From Holophagales bacterium (GTDB taxonomy: Bacteria; Acidobacteriota; Thermoanaerobaculia; Multivoradales; UBA5704): 64,000 bases of DNA. The stretch covers positions 1,972 through 65,971 of the forward strand of contig JANNIH010000081.1 in the NCBI GenBank assembly GCA_031404815.1, in the 5' to 3' direction. Each line of letters opens with the position of its first letter. The first letter of the stretch is position 1. This document shows, piece by piece, positions 29,134 through 40,070 of the stretch. A model generated the notes under the pieces. It was given only the letters and a program-made list of their open reading frames with translations. It was not told the DNA's origin and ran no database searches. Made by a program: the position numbers and the translations under genes.

Positions 29134-30257
29134 GGATAGTCTTCGTCCTCCACGCGCCGCGCGACTCGCGGACGGCAGTCTTTGCCCATGCGGCCGAACG
29201 TGGCGCGTTCCTTGCGTCGCGAGGGCACCAGGTGGAGATCTGGACCCATGACGACGAGCCCGGCCTTTCGCGGATCGAGCCGCGCTGGTGGCCGTTCGCG
29301 TTTCCGGTGCGGATCGCGCGGCGGCTTGCCACGGCCCCTCCTGATCTCGCGATCTTCCACTCGTATTCTGGATGGGCTTTCCATCTGCTCCGGCGGTTCC
29401 GATCGCGGCTCCGCCGGACCCGTTCGATCGTTCAATTTCACGGCATCGAAACCCTGCACTATCGAGCGATGCGCGCCGAAGAGAAACGCCGAGGCCGCGA
29501 TTTTCCTCTCAAGCACCGCCTGCTCCAGACCATCGTGCTGCCGGTTCTGCTCCGGCTCTCGTGCCGCGGGGCCGTGCGCGTGTTCTGCTTGAACCGGGCC
29601 GAGCGGGAGTTCCTCTCCGGGCGCGGCTGGGCGAAGCGTGAGCGGATCGAGATCGTTCCGAACGCCGCCCCCGAGGCGCTCCTCGCCCTCCGGCCTCGCG
29701 AAGCGCGATCCGCGCAGCGGCTTCTCTTCCTGGGTCAATGGCTGGAAGGCAAGGGCATCCGCGATCTGGTTTCGGCTTTCGTGGCACTGGCGGCGGAGCG
29801 GCCGGACTTGACGCTCGCCTGCGTCGGCACGCGAGCTTCGGCCGAGACGGTTCGCACCCAATTTCCCGCTGAGCTTCGCGCCCGAGTGGTCGTCGTTCCG
29901 GACGCCGATCGCGCCGAGATCGCGGCCGCTTTCGAGGAAGCCGACCTGTTCGTCTTCCCCAGCCTCTCCGAAGGGTCGAGCCTCGCGCTGCTCGAAGCGA
30001 TGGCCGCGGGGTTGCCGGTCGTGGCCACTCCGGTGGGTTCGGCGCCCGATCTTCTGCGCGACGGGGAGAGCGCACTGCTCGTCCCGGTCGAGTCTCCGGA
30101 TTCGATCGCCGCCGCGATCCGCCGCCTGCTCGACGACCCTGCCCTCCGCGCCCGGATCGGCGCCGAAGGCCGCGAGGTCGCCCTAGGCTACGCGTGGTCC
30201 CGGCTCGGTCCGGAATATGGCCGGCTGATCGAAGAGATCGGCGGGGAGCCGCGTTGA
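29130..30257 (+). CDS. GT4 glycosyltransferase
   Basis: 'LGQWLEGKG', 'PSLSEGSSLALLEAMAAG'. Confidence 0.88.
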   Translation: MRIVFVLHAPRDSRTAVFAHAAERGAFLASRGHQVEIWTHDDEPGLSRIEPRWWPFAFPVRIARRLATAPPDLAIFHSYSGWAFHLLRRFRSRLRRTRSIVQFHGIETLHYRAMRAEEKRRGRDFPLKHRLLQTIVLPVLLRLSCRGAVRVFCLNRAEREFLSGRGWAKRERIEIVPNAAPEALLALRPREARSAQRLLFLGQWLEGKGIRDLVSAFVALAAERPDLTLACVGTRASAETVRTQFPAELRARVVVVPDADRAEIAAAFEEADLFVFPSLSEGSSLALLEAMAAGLPVVATPVGSAPDLLRDGESALLVPVESPDSIAAAIRRLLDDPALRARIGAEGREVALGYAWSRLGPEYGRLIEEIGGEPR

Positions 30258-30259
30258 CA

Positions 30260-31324
30260 ATGCTGATCCAGATCGTGCCCCGCCTGCCGCCGCCGGAAGA
30301 AGGCGTGGGCGGAATCGCCCTCGCGCTTGCCGGAGCGCTCGAACGCCACGGCATCGGAACCCGCTTCGTCGTCCCCGCGCCGTACGGTGCCGGAGCGCGG
30401 AGCGCGGGACTCGATGTCGTCGAGATCGCCCCGAATCGCGCGGCGCTCGTGACGGCACTCGCGGGTTCGCCATCCGGCGTGGTGCCCCGGCTTCTCCACT
30501 ATGCAGGTTACGGTTATGAGGCGCGCGGCGCGCCCGTCTGGCTCGCGGAGGGACTGGCGCAGGTTCCCGGCCGCCTGTGGACGCAGTTCCACGAGGTCTG
30601 GGCTTCCGGCCCCCCCTGGCGCAGCTCGTTCTGGCTGGGGCCAAGGCAGCGCCGGATCGCGGGGGCGATCGGCGACCGGAGCGAGAGGATCTCGACCAGC
30701 CTCGACCTCTACGCCGGCCTGCTGCGGAGTCGGCTGACCGAACCGAACCGCGAGATCACGGTCCTGCCGGTCATCTCCGCGGTCGGCGAGTGCGCCGCGC
30801 CGATCCCGTTCGATCGCCGGATACGGCGCTTGGCGGTTTTCGGCGGGCCGGGCCTGCGGGGCCGGGCGTACCGGGACCACCCTGCGGAATTGGAAGCCGC
30901 GGCGCGCATGCTGGCCATCAGCGAGATTTGGGATCTCGGACCCGGAGATGTCGCGCCGGGGCAGGTCGGCCCGTTCCCGGTTCGACGGCTGGGCGCCTTG
31001 CCAGCCACCGAGGTGAGCGCAATCCTGGCCAAGACCGCCGCCGGTTTTCTTGCCTACCCCTTGGGGTTTCTAGCCAAATCGAGCGCGTTTGCAGCGTTCG
31101 CCGCTCACGCCGTCCTACCCTTGTGCACCGGCCGGACCGTCACCCCGCGCGAGGCGAGCCCACTGGGACCTCTCCCGGGAGTGCATTTTTGGGCAACCAA
31201 GAGCACCTGCCCCGACCCAGGTGCCGTTGCCACCGCGGCGTGGACCTGGTACGAAGGGCATTCGCTCGCCGCCCAAGCCGCCGCGGTCGCCGCGTGGGTG
31301 AACTACCCCGTTCGAGACCCATGA
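30260..31324 (+). CDS. Atypical GT4-like glycosyltransferase
   Basis: 'LIQIVPRLPP..EGVG' GT-B-like start and 'KSSAFAAFAAH' C-terminal motif; operonic context. Confidence 0.65.
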   Translation: MLIQIVPRLPPPEEGVGGIALALAGALERHGIGTRFVVPAPYGAGARSAGLDVVEIAPNRAALVTALAGSPSGVVPRLLHYAGYGYEARGAPVWLAEGLAQVPGRLWTQFHEVWASGPPWRSSFWLGPRQRRIAGAIGDRSERISTSLDLYAGLLRSRLTEPNREITVLPVISAVGECAAPIPFDRRIRRLAVFGGPGLRGRAYRDHPAELEAAARMLAISEIWDLGPGDVAPGQVGPFPVRRLGALPATEVSAILAKTAAGFLAYPLGFLAKSSAFAAFAAHAVLPLCTGRTVTPREASPLGPLPGVHFWATKSTCPDPGAVATAAWTWYEGHSLAAQAAAVAAWVNYPVRDP

Positions 31325-32373
31325 ACATCTTGCTCTACTCTCCCGCCTTCGCGCCGAACTTCGGAGGTCTCGAAACCTTCGTCGAGATCCTCGCCGAGGA
31401 GTGGAGCCGCGCAGGGTGCGACGTTACGGTGGTCACCCAGACGGCGGGCGCGGAAGGCGACGGGCGGCGACCGTTTCGGGTCGCCCGGCAGAGCGGCGCC
31501 CGCGAGCTTTTCCGCCTCACCCAGCGTTGCGACGTGTACTTCCAGGCCAACGTCAGCCTGCGCGGGCTCTGGCCACTGCTTCTGGCGCGCCGGCCCTTGG
31601 TGGTCTCGCACCATAGCTGGTACTGCCAGACGGACGGAAGGATCGCCTGGCCGGATCGGTTGAAGCGCCGGCTTTCGCGGCGGGCGGCGGCATCGATCGC
31701 GGTCTCCCGGGCGGTCGCCGAGGATCTGGGCGTGGGCACGATCGTGATCGGCAACCCCTATCGCGACGAGATCTTCCATACCCATCCCGGCGTCGCCCGC
31801 GATCTCGATCTCGCAGCGGTCGGCCGTCTCGTCTCGGACAAGGGGTTCGACCTGCTGCTCGACGCCCTGGCGATCCTCGTCCGGGAATTCGCCCTCGCGC
31901 CGCGCTTGACGCTGATCGGCGACGGCCCCGAGCGGGCTGCGCTCGCCATGCAGGCGGTACGGCTGGGACTTGCCACCCGGGTCGAATTCACCGGTTCACT
32001 GGCTCCCACCGAGATTTCCCGGCGGCTCGCCGCGCATCGCGTGCTGGTCGTCCCATCGCGCTATCGCGAACCGTTCGGCATCGTCGCGCTCGAAGGGATC
32101 GCCTGCGGCTGCGCGGTCGTCGGCTCGGCCGGCGGGGGTCTCATCGATGCGATGGGACCCTGCGGGTTGACGTTTCCAAACGGCGACGCCCGGGCGCTTG
32201 CCGCGCGAATCTCCGAGCTGCTCGGCTCTACGGAACGACGCGCGGCGCTGCTCCAACAGGCGCCGAACCATCTGGCCGGGCATCGGCGCGATTTCGTCGC
32301 GCGGAGCTATCTTTCGGTGCTCGAACGGGTGGCGGCGAACCCTGGCACCCCGGGGGGCGGCGCGGCATGGTGA
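31321..32373 (+). CDS. GT4 glycosyltransferase
   Basis: 'GRLVSDKG', 'EPFGIVALEGIACG'. Confidence 0.88.
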   Translation: MNILLYSPAFAPNFGGLETFVEILAEEWSRAGCDVTVVTQTAGAEGDGRRPFRVARQSGARELFRLTQRCDVYFQANVSLRGLWPLLLARRPLVVSHHSWYCQTDGRIAWPDRLKRRLSRRAAASIAVSRAVAEDLGVGTIVIGNPYRDEIFHTHPGVARDLDLAAVGRLVSDKGFDLLLDALAILVREFALAPRLTLIGDGPERAALAMQAVRLGLATRVEFTGSLAPTEISRRLAAHRVLVVPSRYREPFGIVALEGIACGCAVVGSAGGGLIDAMGPCGLTFPNGDARALAARISELLGSTERRAALLQQAPNHLAGHRRDFVARSYLSVLERVAANPGTPGGGAAW

Positions 32374-33833
32374 GGTTCCTGGTCCTCCTGATCGCCGCGG
32401 CAGCAACGGTGTGGGCGTTTCGCAACTGGCGTCGCGCGGTCCAATACGTAATGGTCCTGCTGATCCTCGAAGGGGCGATCCGCAAGTGGATCTTCCCCGG
32501 CGCCCAAGACATCGTCTACTTCGGCAAGGACCTGCTGCTCCTCGGCGTCTACGCCGGGTTTTTGACCCGTGACCGGCCGGGGCTCCGCCCGCCGCAGCTG
32601 GAGTTGTTGTTCGGGGTGCTGGGAGTGGGAGCCTTGTTCGGCGTGCTCGAGATCTTCAACCCTCACCTGCCGAGCCTGCTGGTCGGCGTGCTCGGTTTCA
32701 AGGCCTACTTTTTCTACGTCCCGCTGTTCTGGGTCCTGCCGGCGGCCTTCTCGTCGGATGCCGAGCTGGCCCGGTTCCTGCGGCGTTATGGCCTGATCGC
32801 GATCCCCGTCGGCCTGCTTGCGGCAGCCCAGTTCGTCTCACCTTCTTCCAGCATGCTCAACACCTATGCCCGCGCGGCCACCGAAGTGAGCGACATCACG
32901 ACTTTCGGAACCTCGTCGCGGGTGCGGGTCACCGCCACTTTCGCCTACATCACCGGATTCACCTCTTATCTGTTTGCCAACGTGGCCCTGCTGCTCGCGC
33001 TTCTCGGCGCCGAGCGCTGGCGGATGCAGCGCAACCTCTGGCTGTTTGCCGCCCTGGGCCTGACCCTGCTCGGCATGATGATGAGCGGTTCTCGCGGTCC
33101 GATCGCGGTGCTGATCGTGCTGACGCCGATCTACGGCTGGCTGGCCGTTGCGCGTGAACGGGGTAGCGGCGCCACCATCGGCCGCTTGGTGGTCGCCGTG
33201 CTCTTCGTCGGTGGGCTTGCGGCCTACTTTGGAGCCGATGCGATCGCGGAATGGCGCGGTCGAGCGAGCGGCACGACCGACGCGGGAGAGCGGATCCTAA
33301 CGCCGTTCATCGCGCCTTTTTCCGTCCTCGACCGCGCCGGCTTGTTCGGCTACGGCATCGGCGCCACCCACCAGATGGCCATGGCGATCATCCAGACCCC
33401 CCGCCCGTTCTATTGGCTCGAAGGGCCAAACACCGAAGTTGAGAGCGGCCGGGTCATGCTGGAGCTCGGCCCGATCGGATTCCTGCTCACCTATGTCGTG
33501 CGCCTGATCCTGGTCGCCTATGCGCTGCAGCAGGTCTTTCGGCTGCGCACCCTGTTCCACCGCTCGGTGGCCGTCGGCTGCCTGCTCTTCTTTCTCGCTC
33601 AGATCACCGGAACCGTCGTCTTCGAGGTCACCTCCGGTCTTTATTACTGGTTTTTCGCCGGCGTACTTGCCACGGTGGTGGCGCTCGACCGCCAGATGCT
33701 GATCGCGGCGCGCGTAAGCCTGCCCCAGCCCGTCACTCTGGCCGCCGCGACCCAGGCGCATGCTCTCCTGCCTAGGGCGGTCCGCTCGACACGCACCGCG
33801 GTTTCGCGGACCGCGCAGCCGCGCGACCTTTGA
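32367..33833 (+). CDS. Wzy/O-antigen ligase-like polymerase membrane protein
   Basis: About 11-12 hydrophobic segments, 'SGSRG', 'GYGIG' and a periplasmic loop; lies inside the polysaccharide operon. Confidence 0.72.
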   Translation: MVRFLVLLIAAAATVWAFRNWRRAVQYVMVLLILEGAIRKWIFPGAQDIVYFGKDLLLLGVYAGFLTRDRPGLRPPQLELLFGVLGVGALFGVLEIFNPHLPSLLVGVLGFKAYFFYVPLFWVLPAAFSSDAELARFLRRYGLIAIPVGLLAAAQFVSPSSSMLNTYARAATEVSDITTFGTSSRVRVTATFAYITGFTSYLFANVALLLALLGAERWRMQRNLWLFAALGLTLLGMMMSGSRGPIAVLIVLTPIYGWLAVARERGSGATIGRLVVAVLFVGGLAAYFGADAIAEWRGRASGTTDAGERILTPFIAPFSVLDRAGLFGYGIGATHQMAMAIIQTPRPFYWLEGPNTEVESGRVMLELGPIGFLLTYVVRLILVAYALQQVFRLRTLFHRSVAVGCLLFFLAQITGTVVFEVTSGLYYWFFAGVLATVVALDRQMLIAARVSLPQPVTLAAATQAHALLPRAVRSTRTAVSRTAQPRDL

Positions 33834-33843
33834 GATCGGCGTT

Positions 33844-35052
33844 TTGAAAGTCCTCGTCACTCACCCTGGCCGGCAGCACTCGCACCAGGCGGCCCTGGCG
33901 CTCGCCGCGGCGGATCTCCTCGCCGGCTACTGGTCGGGCGTGCCGTCGTGCCCGGAGCACGGCCGGTTCGTGCCGCGCCCGCTCTGGCACCGGTTGATCC
34001 GTTATGGCCCGGTCGCTCTGCCGCCACGGCTCACCCGGTGGGCTCCGGCCGCCCCCGCGCTGCGCCAGGTCGCACACAAACTACCGGCGGCACTGGCCCG
34101 GGAGATCGACTATGCGGCATGCCGGATCTTCGACGCCCAAGCGGCGCGCCGGCTCGCGCGACTGCCTCCGGCGGAACGCCCGGACGCCGTGCTCGCCTGC
34201 GAAATCTCGGCGCTGAATACGTTTGAGGTCGCCCGGCGGCTCGGCATTCGCACCTGGCTCGACGCCCCTTCGCTCCACCGGCTCGCCCAGGACCGCCTGC
34301 ACGGAACCACCGATCCTCCAGGACTGCATGCGCGGATCGCGAGGGTAAAAAATCGAGAGATCGAGCGGGCCGACGCGATCGTCACCGTGTCCGAGCTGGC
34401 GCGGTCCACCTACGTCGAGGCGGGGATCGATCCTGCCTGCATCCGCGCCGTGCCGCTCGGTGCCGACCTGGAGCTGTTCGCGCCGCCGGCCGTGGAGCCC
34501 GCGCGCGGCGCGGGAACCGTCTTCCTGTTCGCGGGTGCGCCGATCGTTCGAAAGGGGTTCGACCTGCTGCTCGAAGCCTTCGCCCGGGTCGCCAGGGCCG
34601 AGCCTTCCGCCGTGCTCCGCGTGGTCGGTCCGCGCGGCGGGCAGGCCGCCCGCGAGCGGATCACTTTCGTCGGCCCGGTTGCGCAAGCGCAGCTCGCGGC
34701 CGAGATGAGCCGCGCCGATTGCCTGGTCCTCCCCTCGCGCAACGACTCGTACGGCATGGTGGTCGCCGAAGCGCTCGCGGCAGGGTTGCCGGTGGTCGTG
34801 TCCGACATGGTGGGAGCCGCCGAGTTGGTCCTTCCGGGCGAAAACGGCTGGGTGGTTCCGGCGGGTGACGCCGGAGCGCTCGGCGACCGGCTGCTCGCCC
34901 TGGCGCACCCGCCGACGGGTCCCGCGCTGCTGCGCGCGATGCGGCCGGCATGCCGCGCCTCGGCCGAAAGGGCGACGTGGGGTGCCTATCGCGAACGCTT
35001 CGCGGCGCTCGCTCGCGAGCTCCTTTCGGCCCCTCCCGGAGAGCGGCCTTGA
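33844..35052 (+). CDS. GT4 glycosyltransferase
   Basis: TTG start 'MKVLVTHPGRQHS'; 'RKG', 'DSYGMVVAEALAAG'. Confidence 0.87.
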   Translation: MKVLVTHPGRQHSHQAALALAAADLLAGYWSGVPSCPEHGRFVPRPLWHRLIRYGPVALPPRLTRWAPAAPALRQVAHKLPAALAREIDYAACRIFDAQAARRLARLPPAERPDAVLACEISALNTFEVARRLGIRTWLDAPSLHRLAQDRLHGTTDPPGLHARIARVKNREIERADAIVTVSELARSTYVEAGIDPACIRAVPLGADLELFAPPAVEPARGAGTVFLFAGAPIVRKGFDLLLEAFARVARAEPSAVLRVVGPRGGQAARERITFVGPVAQAQLAAEMSRADCLVLPSRNDSYGMVVAEALAAGLPVVVSDMVGAAELVLPGENGWVVPAGDAGALGDRLLALAHPPTGPALLRAMRPACRASAERATWGAYRERFAALARELLSAPPGERP

Positions 35053-36233
35053 GGCTCCTCCACGTCGTGCCGACTTACCTGCCGGCCTGGCGGCACGGCG
35101 GGCCGATCCGCGCCGTCCACGGCCTCGCCCGGTGGCTCGTCGCCCGCGGCCATCAGGTCGAGGTGTTGACGACCGACCTGCACGGCGACGGGCGCCTCGA
35201 CGTGCCGCTGGGGAACCCGGTCGATCTCGACGGCGTTTCGGTGCGCTATTTCCCCGTCCGCTCGTTGCGCCGCCTTTCGTACGCGCCCGCGATGAGGTCG
35301 GCGCTCTTAAACCTGTCGCGCTTCGACGCGGTGCACCTTCATTCGGTGTTCCAGTGGCCGACGCTGGCCGCGGCGCGGGCAGCGGAACGCGCGGGAGTCC
35401 CCTGGATCGTGGCGCCGCGCGGCATGCTGGTGCCGGAGCTGATCGCCGCGCGCGGGCGGTGGCGCAAATCGCTCTGGCTGCGGCTGTTCGAGCGGCGGAC
35501 GATCGAGCGCGCCGCGGGCTTCCACGCGACGACCGAAATCGAGGCGCGCGACGCCGAGCGGCTGGGTTTGACGCTGCCGCGGGTCTACGTCGTGCCGAAC
35601 GGGGTCGAGGCGGATCCCTGGGCGGGCGAACTTGAAGCGCTCGCGCCGGCCGTGCGCGAGCTGGTTTCGGATCCCCAGCCGTTCATCCTCGCGCTCGGCC
35701 GGGTGAGCTGGAAGAAAGGGCTCGACCGGCTGATCGAGGCAATGGCGGCGGTGACCGCGTCCGGCGCACGGCTCGCGATCGCCGGCAACGACGAGGAGGG
35801 GCTGATCCCCCGGCTCGAACGCCTGGCCGAGCAGAAAGAGGTTTGCGAGCGGGTGCACTTCCTCGGACCGGTCGACGGCGCGGAGAAATCCGCTCTACTT
35901 GCCCGCTGCGCGCTCCTCGCGATGCCTTCGACATCTGAAAACTTCGGTAACTCGCTGCTCGAAGCGATGGCCGCCGGACGGCCGGTGCTCGCCACCCCCG
36001 GGGTGGGGCTCGCGCCGCTGATCGCGGAGGTCGGCTGCGGCAAGGTTGCGGAGGGCGATGCGGAATCTCTCGCCGCCGCCCTCCGCGAGATGCTCGCCGA
36101 CCCGCGCGCGCTCGACGAGATGGGACGGCGCGGCCGGCGCGCCGCGGAGGAACGCTACGGCTGGCCCGGAATCGCCGAACGGATGGAGGCGGTCTACCAC
36201 GAGGTCGGGGCCGGGCGGAGGGGCGCGCGATGA
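35049..36233 (+). CDS. GT4 glycosyltransferase
   Basis: 'LHVVPTY.PA...GGP', 'GRVSWKKG', 'ENFGNSLLEAM'. Confidence 0.88.
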   Translation: MRLLHVVPTYLPAWRHGGPIRAVHGLARWLVARGHQVEVLTTDLHGDGRLDVPLGNPVDLDGVSVRYFPVRSLRRLSYAPAMRSALLNLSRFDAVHLHSVFQWPTLAAARAAERAGVPWIVAPRGMLVPELIAARGRWRKSLWLRLFERRTIERAAGFHATTEIEARDAERLGLTLPRVYVVPNGVEADPWAGELEALAPAVRELVSDPQPFILALGRVSWKKGLDRLIEAMAAVTASGARLAIAGNDEEGLIPRLERLAEQKEVCERVHFLGPVDGAEKSALLARCALLAMPSTSENFGNSLLEAMAAGRPVLATPGVGLAPLIAEVGCGKVAEGDAESLAAALREMLADPRALDEMGRRGRRAAEERYGWPGIAERMEAVYHEVGAGRRGAR

Positions 36234-37399
36234 GGTTGATTTTCTTCGTCGAGCGGCCGACGCAGTTCGAGGTGCCGTTCTACCGCTTCGCGGCGCGCGA
36301 TCCCGAGCACCACCTGCGCGTGGTCTACACCGGGGGCGACCCCGCGGTATCGGCCTATGACCCAGAGCTTTCGCGCCGTGTCGATTGGGGCTTCGATTTG
36401 GTTTCCGGCTACGACTGGGCGGTACTCCCCGCGCAAAGGCGCGGCCGTTGGCTCGCGGCGGAGCTTTCCTCCCGCCGTTACGACCTCGCGATCGTGAACG
36501 GCTACACCCAAGGCACCTACCTGCGGGCGGCACTCGCCGCGCGGAAAAGCGGAACCGCCACCGCCTTGCGGCTCGATTCGGTCCTGTTCGCCGGAGAGGC
36601 TTCCGGCCGAGCGTTCGCCAAACGCGCCCTCTATCGGATCGTCCTGCCGCGCCTGTTCGATCGCTTCCTCGGGGTCGGCACCGGGACGCTCGATTTCCTT
36701 GCGGCGCACGGCGTTCCGGAGGAGCGGCGCGGACTTTTCCCCTACGCGATCGACGCCGAGGGTTTCCGCGATCGGTCGCGTCTTTCACCTGAAGAACGGG
36801 CGGCGGGGCGGGCGGCCTTGGGCGCGGCCAGCGACGATCGGATCGTTCTCTCGCTTGCGAAATTCGGTCCGCGCGAGGCACCTTGGGATCTCCTCCGCGC
36901 CTTTCCGGCGATCGCCGCGACCGATCCTTCCGCGCGCCTCGCGCTCGCGGGCGACGGTCCGGAACGCGGCGCGCTCGAAGCCGAGGCGCGTACGCTGGGG
37001 ATTGCCGCACGGGTCGCCTTTCCGGGCTACGTCCCCTACCCCGAGCTGCCCGCGCTGTCCGGCGCGGCCGACCTGTTCGTCCACCCCGCGGCGGAGGAGC
37101 GCTGGGGCGTTTCGGTCCAGGAGGCCCTCGCCTGCGGTCTGCCGGTCGTCGCTTCCGAGCGGGTCGGCGCGGCGCGCGATCTGATCGAGCCGGGCAAGAA
37201 CGGCTTACGCTATCCCGCGGGCGACGCGGCGGCGCTGGCCCAAGCGATCCTCGCCGCGCTCGCCCTTCGCCAGGCCGATGTCGAGGCCGCGAACCGCGAA
37301 ATCCTCGCCCGGTGGGACTACGCGGCGACCTGGCGCCACCTGCTCGCAGCGGCATCCGGCGGGATCTTTCAAGGTACGATCCGGCGAGTGCCTCTATGA
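36230..37399 (+). CDS. GT4 glycosyltransferase
   Basis: 'EERWGVSVQEALACG'; ATGA overlap. Confidence 0.87.
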   Translation: MRLIFFVERPTQFEVPFYRFAARDPEHHLRVVYTGGDPAVSAYDPELSRRVDWGFDLVSGYDWAVLPAQRRGRWLAAELSSRRYDLAIVNGYTQGTYLRAALAARKSGTATALRLDSVLFAGEASGRAFAKRALYRIVLPRLFDRFLGVGTGTLDFLAAHGVPEERRGLFPYAIDAEGFRDRSRLSPEERAAGRAALGAASDDRIVLSLAKFGPREAPWDLLRAFPAIAATDPSARLALAGDGPERGALEAEARTLGIAARVAFPGYVPYPELPALSGAADLFVHPAAEERWGVSVQEALACGLPVVASERVGAARDLIEPGKNGLRYPAGDAAALAQAILAALALRQADVEAANREILARWDYAATWRHLLAAASGGIFQGTIRRVPL

Positions 37400-38283
37400 A
37401 AATCCCCTTGACCATCCTGGTGACCACGCGCGACGAAGAGGCGAACATCGAGCGCACCCTCGCCTCCGTCCACGGCTTCGCGGATCAGATCTTCGTGATC
37501 GATTCCGAAAGCCGCGACCGGACGAAGGAGATCGCCCGCCGTTACGCCGACGACGTGATCGACCTGGCCTACGAGCACGGCCGGATCATTCCGTGGATCT
37601 TCCAGTGGGGGCTAGACCACCTGCCGATTCGCAACGAGTGGGTGCTGATCCTCGAAGCCGATCAGGCCGTCCCCGAGGCGCTGCGGCGGGAGATCGCGGC
37701 CGTCCTCGCGCGCCCCGAGACGCCCGAATCGGGCTTTTACATTCGGCGGCGCCAAATCTTCCGCGGCCACCGAATCGAGCATGGCGGCTACGGCAGCAAA
37801 TACCTTCTGAAGTTGTTCCGCCGCAGCGTTTCGGGGCTCGATCCGGTCGAGCAGGACACCCGCGTCTACGTGCGCGGCGCCACCGCAAAGCTGCGCGAGC
37901 CCCTGGAGGAATGGAACAAAAAAGAAGACGCGATCCTCTTCTACCTCGAAAAGCACCTGCGCTACGCCGAGGCGTTCGCGCACGAGGAATTCGAGCGGCG
38001 AACGAAGAAGCTGCCGTGGAAGGCGACACCGCGGCTGTTCGGCACGCCGGACGAGCGGATCCTCTGGATGAAGAGCCAGTGGTACCGGATGCCGTTGTTC
38101 GTCCGGCCGGCGCTCTATTTCGGCTACCGGTACTTCTTCCTGTTCGGCTTTCTCGACGGAGCGGTCGGCACGTTGTTTCATTTCCTCCAGGCCTTTTGGT
38201 TTCGCTTGGTGGTGGACGTCCGCCTCGCCGAGCTGCTGCGTGAGGCAAAAGAGAAGAACCAGCAGAAGGTGGACGTTGCATGA
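37396..38283 (+). CDS. GT2 glycosyltransferase
   Basis: 'TRDEEANI', 'VIDSESRDRT', 'WVLILEAD' (EAD in place of DAD). Confidence 0.87.
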   Translation: MKIPLTILVTTRDEEANIERTLASVHGFADQIFVIDSESRDRTKEIARRYADDVIDLAYEHGRIIPWIFQWGLDHLPIRNEWVLILEADQAVPEALRREIAAVLARPETPESGFYIRRRQIFRGHRIEHGGYGSKYLLKLFRRSVSGLDPVEQDTRVYVRGATAKLREPLEEWNKKEDAILFYLEKHLRYAEAFAHEEFERRTKKLPWKATPRLFGTPDERILWMKSQWYRMPLFVRPALYFGYRYFFLFGFLDGAVGTLFHFLQAFWFRLVVDVRLAELLREAKEKNQQKVDVA

Positions 38284-40070
38284 GCCGCATCCTCGGCCTC
38301 TCCGTATTTCACGCCGACGCCTCGGCCGCGGCGGTCGAAGACGGCCGTTTCGTCGCCGGGGTGGAAGAAGAGCGCTTCCGCCGGATCAAGCACTGGGCGG
38401 GCTACCCCGAGCAGGCGCTCCGCTTCTGCCTCGAAGAGCTGGGGGGAGACTTGGGGGGCGTCTCCGCCCTCGCGGTGGCGCGGAAGCCGCGCGCCTACCT
38501 GTGGAAGAAGGCGCTGCTCGCGCTCTCCCATCCGCGCAGCCTGGTGCGTGCCGCCTCGCGGGTGAAGAACCTCGCTCAGATTTCCACCCTCGAAGAGCGG
38601 GTGGCGAAGACCTTCGGAGTCGCGAAGGCACCGCCGCTCCGCGAGGTCGAGCACCATCTGGCGCACGTCGCCTCGGCGTTCTACTGTTCGCCGTTTGAAG
38701 AGGCCGCATGCCTGACCGTCGACGGCTTCGGCGATTTCGTCTCGACCATGATGGCGGTCGGTCGCGGCCACCGGATCGAGGTGCTCGACCGGGTTCATTT
38801 TCCGCATTCGCTCGGGCTGTTCTATTCCGCGATCACTCAAGTTTGCGGTTTCCTGGGCTTCGGCGACGAGTACAAGGTGATGGGCCTGGCGGCCTACGGC
38901 GAGCCACGCTTCGTGCGCGAGTTGCGCCAGGTGGTCCCTACCACCTCCGACGGCACGTTCCGGCTCGACCTGCGCTACTTCCGGCACCTCTCGGAAGGGG
39001 TCGAGATGACCTGGGACGACGGCCCGCCGCGCCTGGGTCTGATCTACACGCCCGCGCTGGAGACGTTGCTCGGTCCCGCCCGGCGGGCCGACCAAGAGCT
39101 GACTCAAGGTTATAAGGATCTCGCGGCCTCCCTTCAGGCGGTCTACGAGGAGCGCTTCTTCGCCCTGGTGAACGCGCTGCTCAAGCGCACGGGCATGAAG
39201 CGACTGGCGCTCGCGGGCGGCTGCGCGATGAACTCGCTCGCCAACGGCAAGCTGTTCGAGCGAACGGACGTCAAAGACGTCTTCATCCAATCCGCGGCGG
39301 GCGACGCCGGCACCTCGCTCGGAGCGGCGCTCTGGGTCGCCCATGCCGAGCTGAACGCGCCGCGCGGCTTCGTGATGGAGCACAGCGCCTGGGGACCGCG
39401 CTACGGCCTGGAGGCGATCCGCGCCGCGATCGCCGCGCGCATCCCGGAGTCGGGAGGCCGCGACGGCCGGTTTTCGGGCGAGCACGGTGACCTCGCGATC
39501 GAGACCCATTCTGACGAGCAGCGCCTGTGCGCCGAGACCGCCGCCGCGATCGCGCGCGGCGAAGTGATCGGCTGGTACCAGGGCCGGTCCGAATGGGGGC
39601 CGCGGGCGCTCGGCAACCGCTCGATCCTCGCCGACCCGCGGCGCGCGGACATGAAGGACATCCTGAACCTGAAGATCAAGCGGCGCGAGTCGTTTCGGCC
39701 GTTCGCGCCGTCGATCCTCGCCGAGCGGACCGGGGAGTGGTTCACTCTCGACTACCCCGATCCGTTCATGATCAAGGTCTACCCGATCCGCCCCGAAAAG
39801 CGCCCGCTGATCCCCGCGGTCACCCACGTGGACGGCACGGGGCGCCTCCAGACCGTCGCGGAGCGCGCGAACCCGCGCTACTGGCGGCTGATCTCGGCCT
39901 TCGAACAGCAGACCGGCGTGCCGATCGTGGTCAACACGTCGTTCAACGAAAACGAACCGATCGTCAACCGGCCGGAGGAGGCGCTCGACTGCTTCCTGCG
40001 CACGAAGATGGACCGCCTGGTGCTCGGCGACGTCGTGATCGAGCGGGCGGTTTCGGGCGCCCGGCCATGA
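38280..40070 (+). CDS. Carbamoyltransferase (NodU/CmcH/TobZ family)
   Basis: 'EEERF.RIKH', 'EHHLAH', 'EYKVMGLAAYG', 'GPRALGNRSILADP', 'KRRESFRPFAP', 'NTSFN'. Confidence 0.93.
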   Translation: MSRILGLSVFHADASAAAVEDGRFVAGVEEERFRRIKHWAGYPEQALRFCLEELGGDLGGVSALAVARKPRAYLWKKALLALSHPRSLVRAASRVKNLAQISTLEERVAKTFGVAKAPPLREVEHHLAHVASAFYCSPFEEAACLTVDGFGDFVSTMMAVGRGHRIEVLDRVHFPHSLGLFYSAITQVCGFLGFGDEYKVMGLAAYGEPRFVRELRQVVPTTSDGTFRLDLRYFRHLSEGVEMTWDDGPPRLGLIYTPALETLLGPARRADQELTQGYKDLAASLQAVYEERFFALVNALLKRTGMKRLALAGGCAMNSLANGKLFERTDVKDVFIQSAAGDAGTSLGAALWVAHAELNAPRGFVMEHSAWGPRYGLEAIRAAIAARIPESGGRDGRFSGEHGDLAIETHSDEQRLCAETAAAIARGEVIGWYQGRSEWGPRALGNRSILADPRRADMKDILNLKIKRRESFRPFAPSILAERTGEWFTLDYPDPFMIKVYPIRPEKRPLIPAVTHVDGTGRLQTVAERANPRYWRLISAFEQQTGVPIVVNTSFNENEPIVNRPEEALDCFLRTKMDRLVLGDVVIERAVSGARP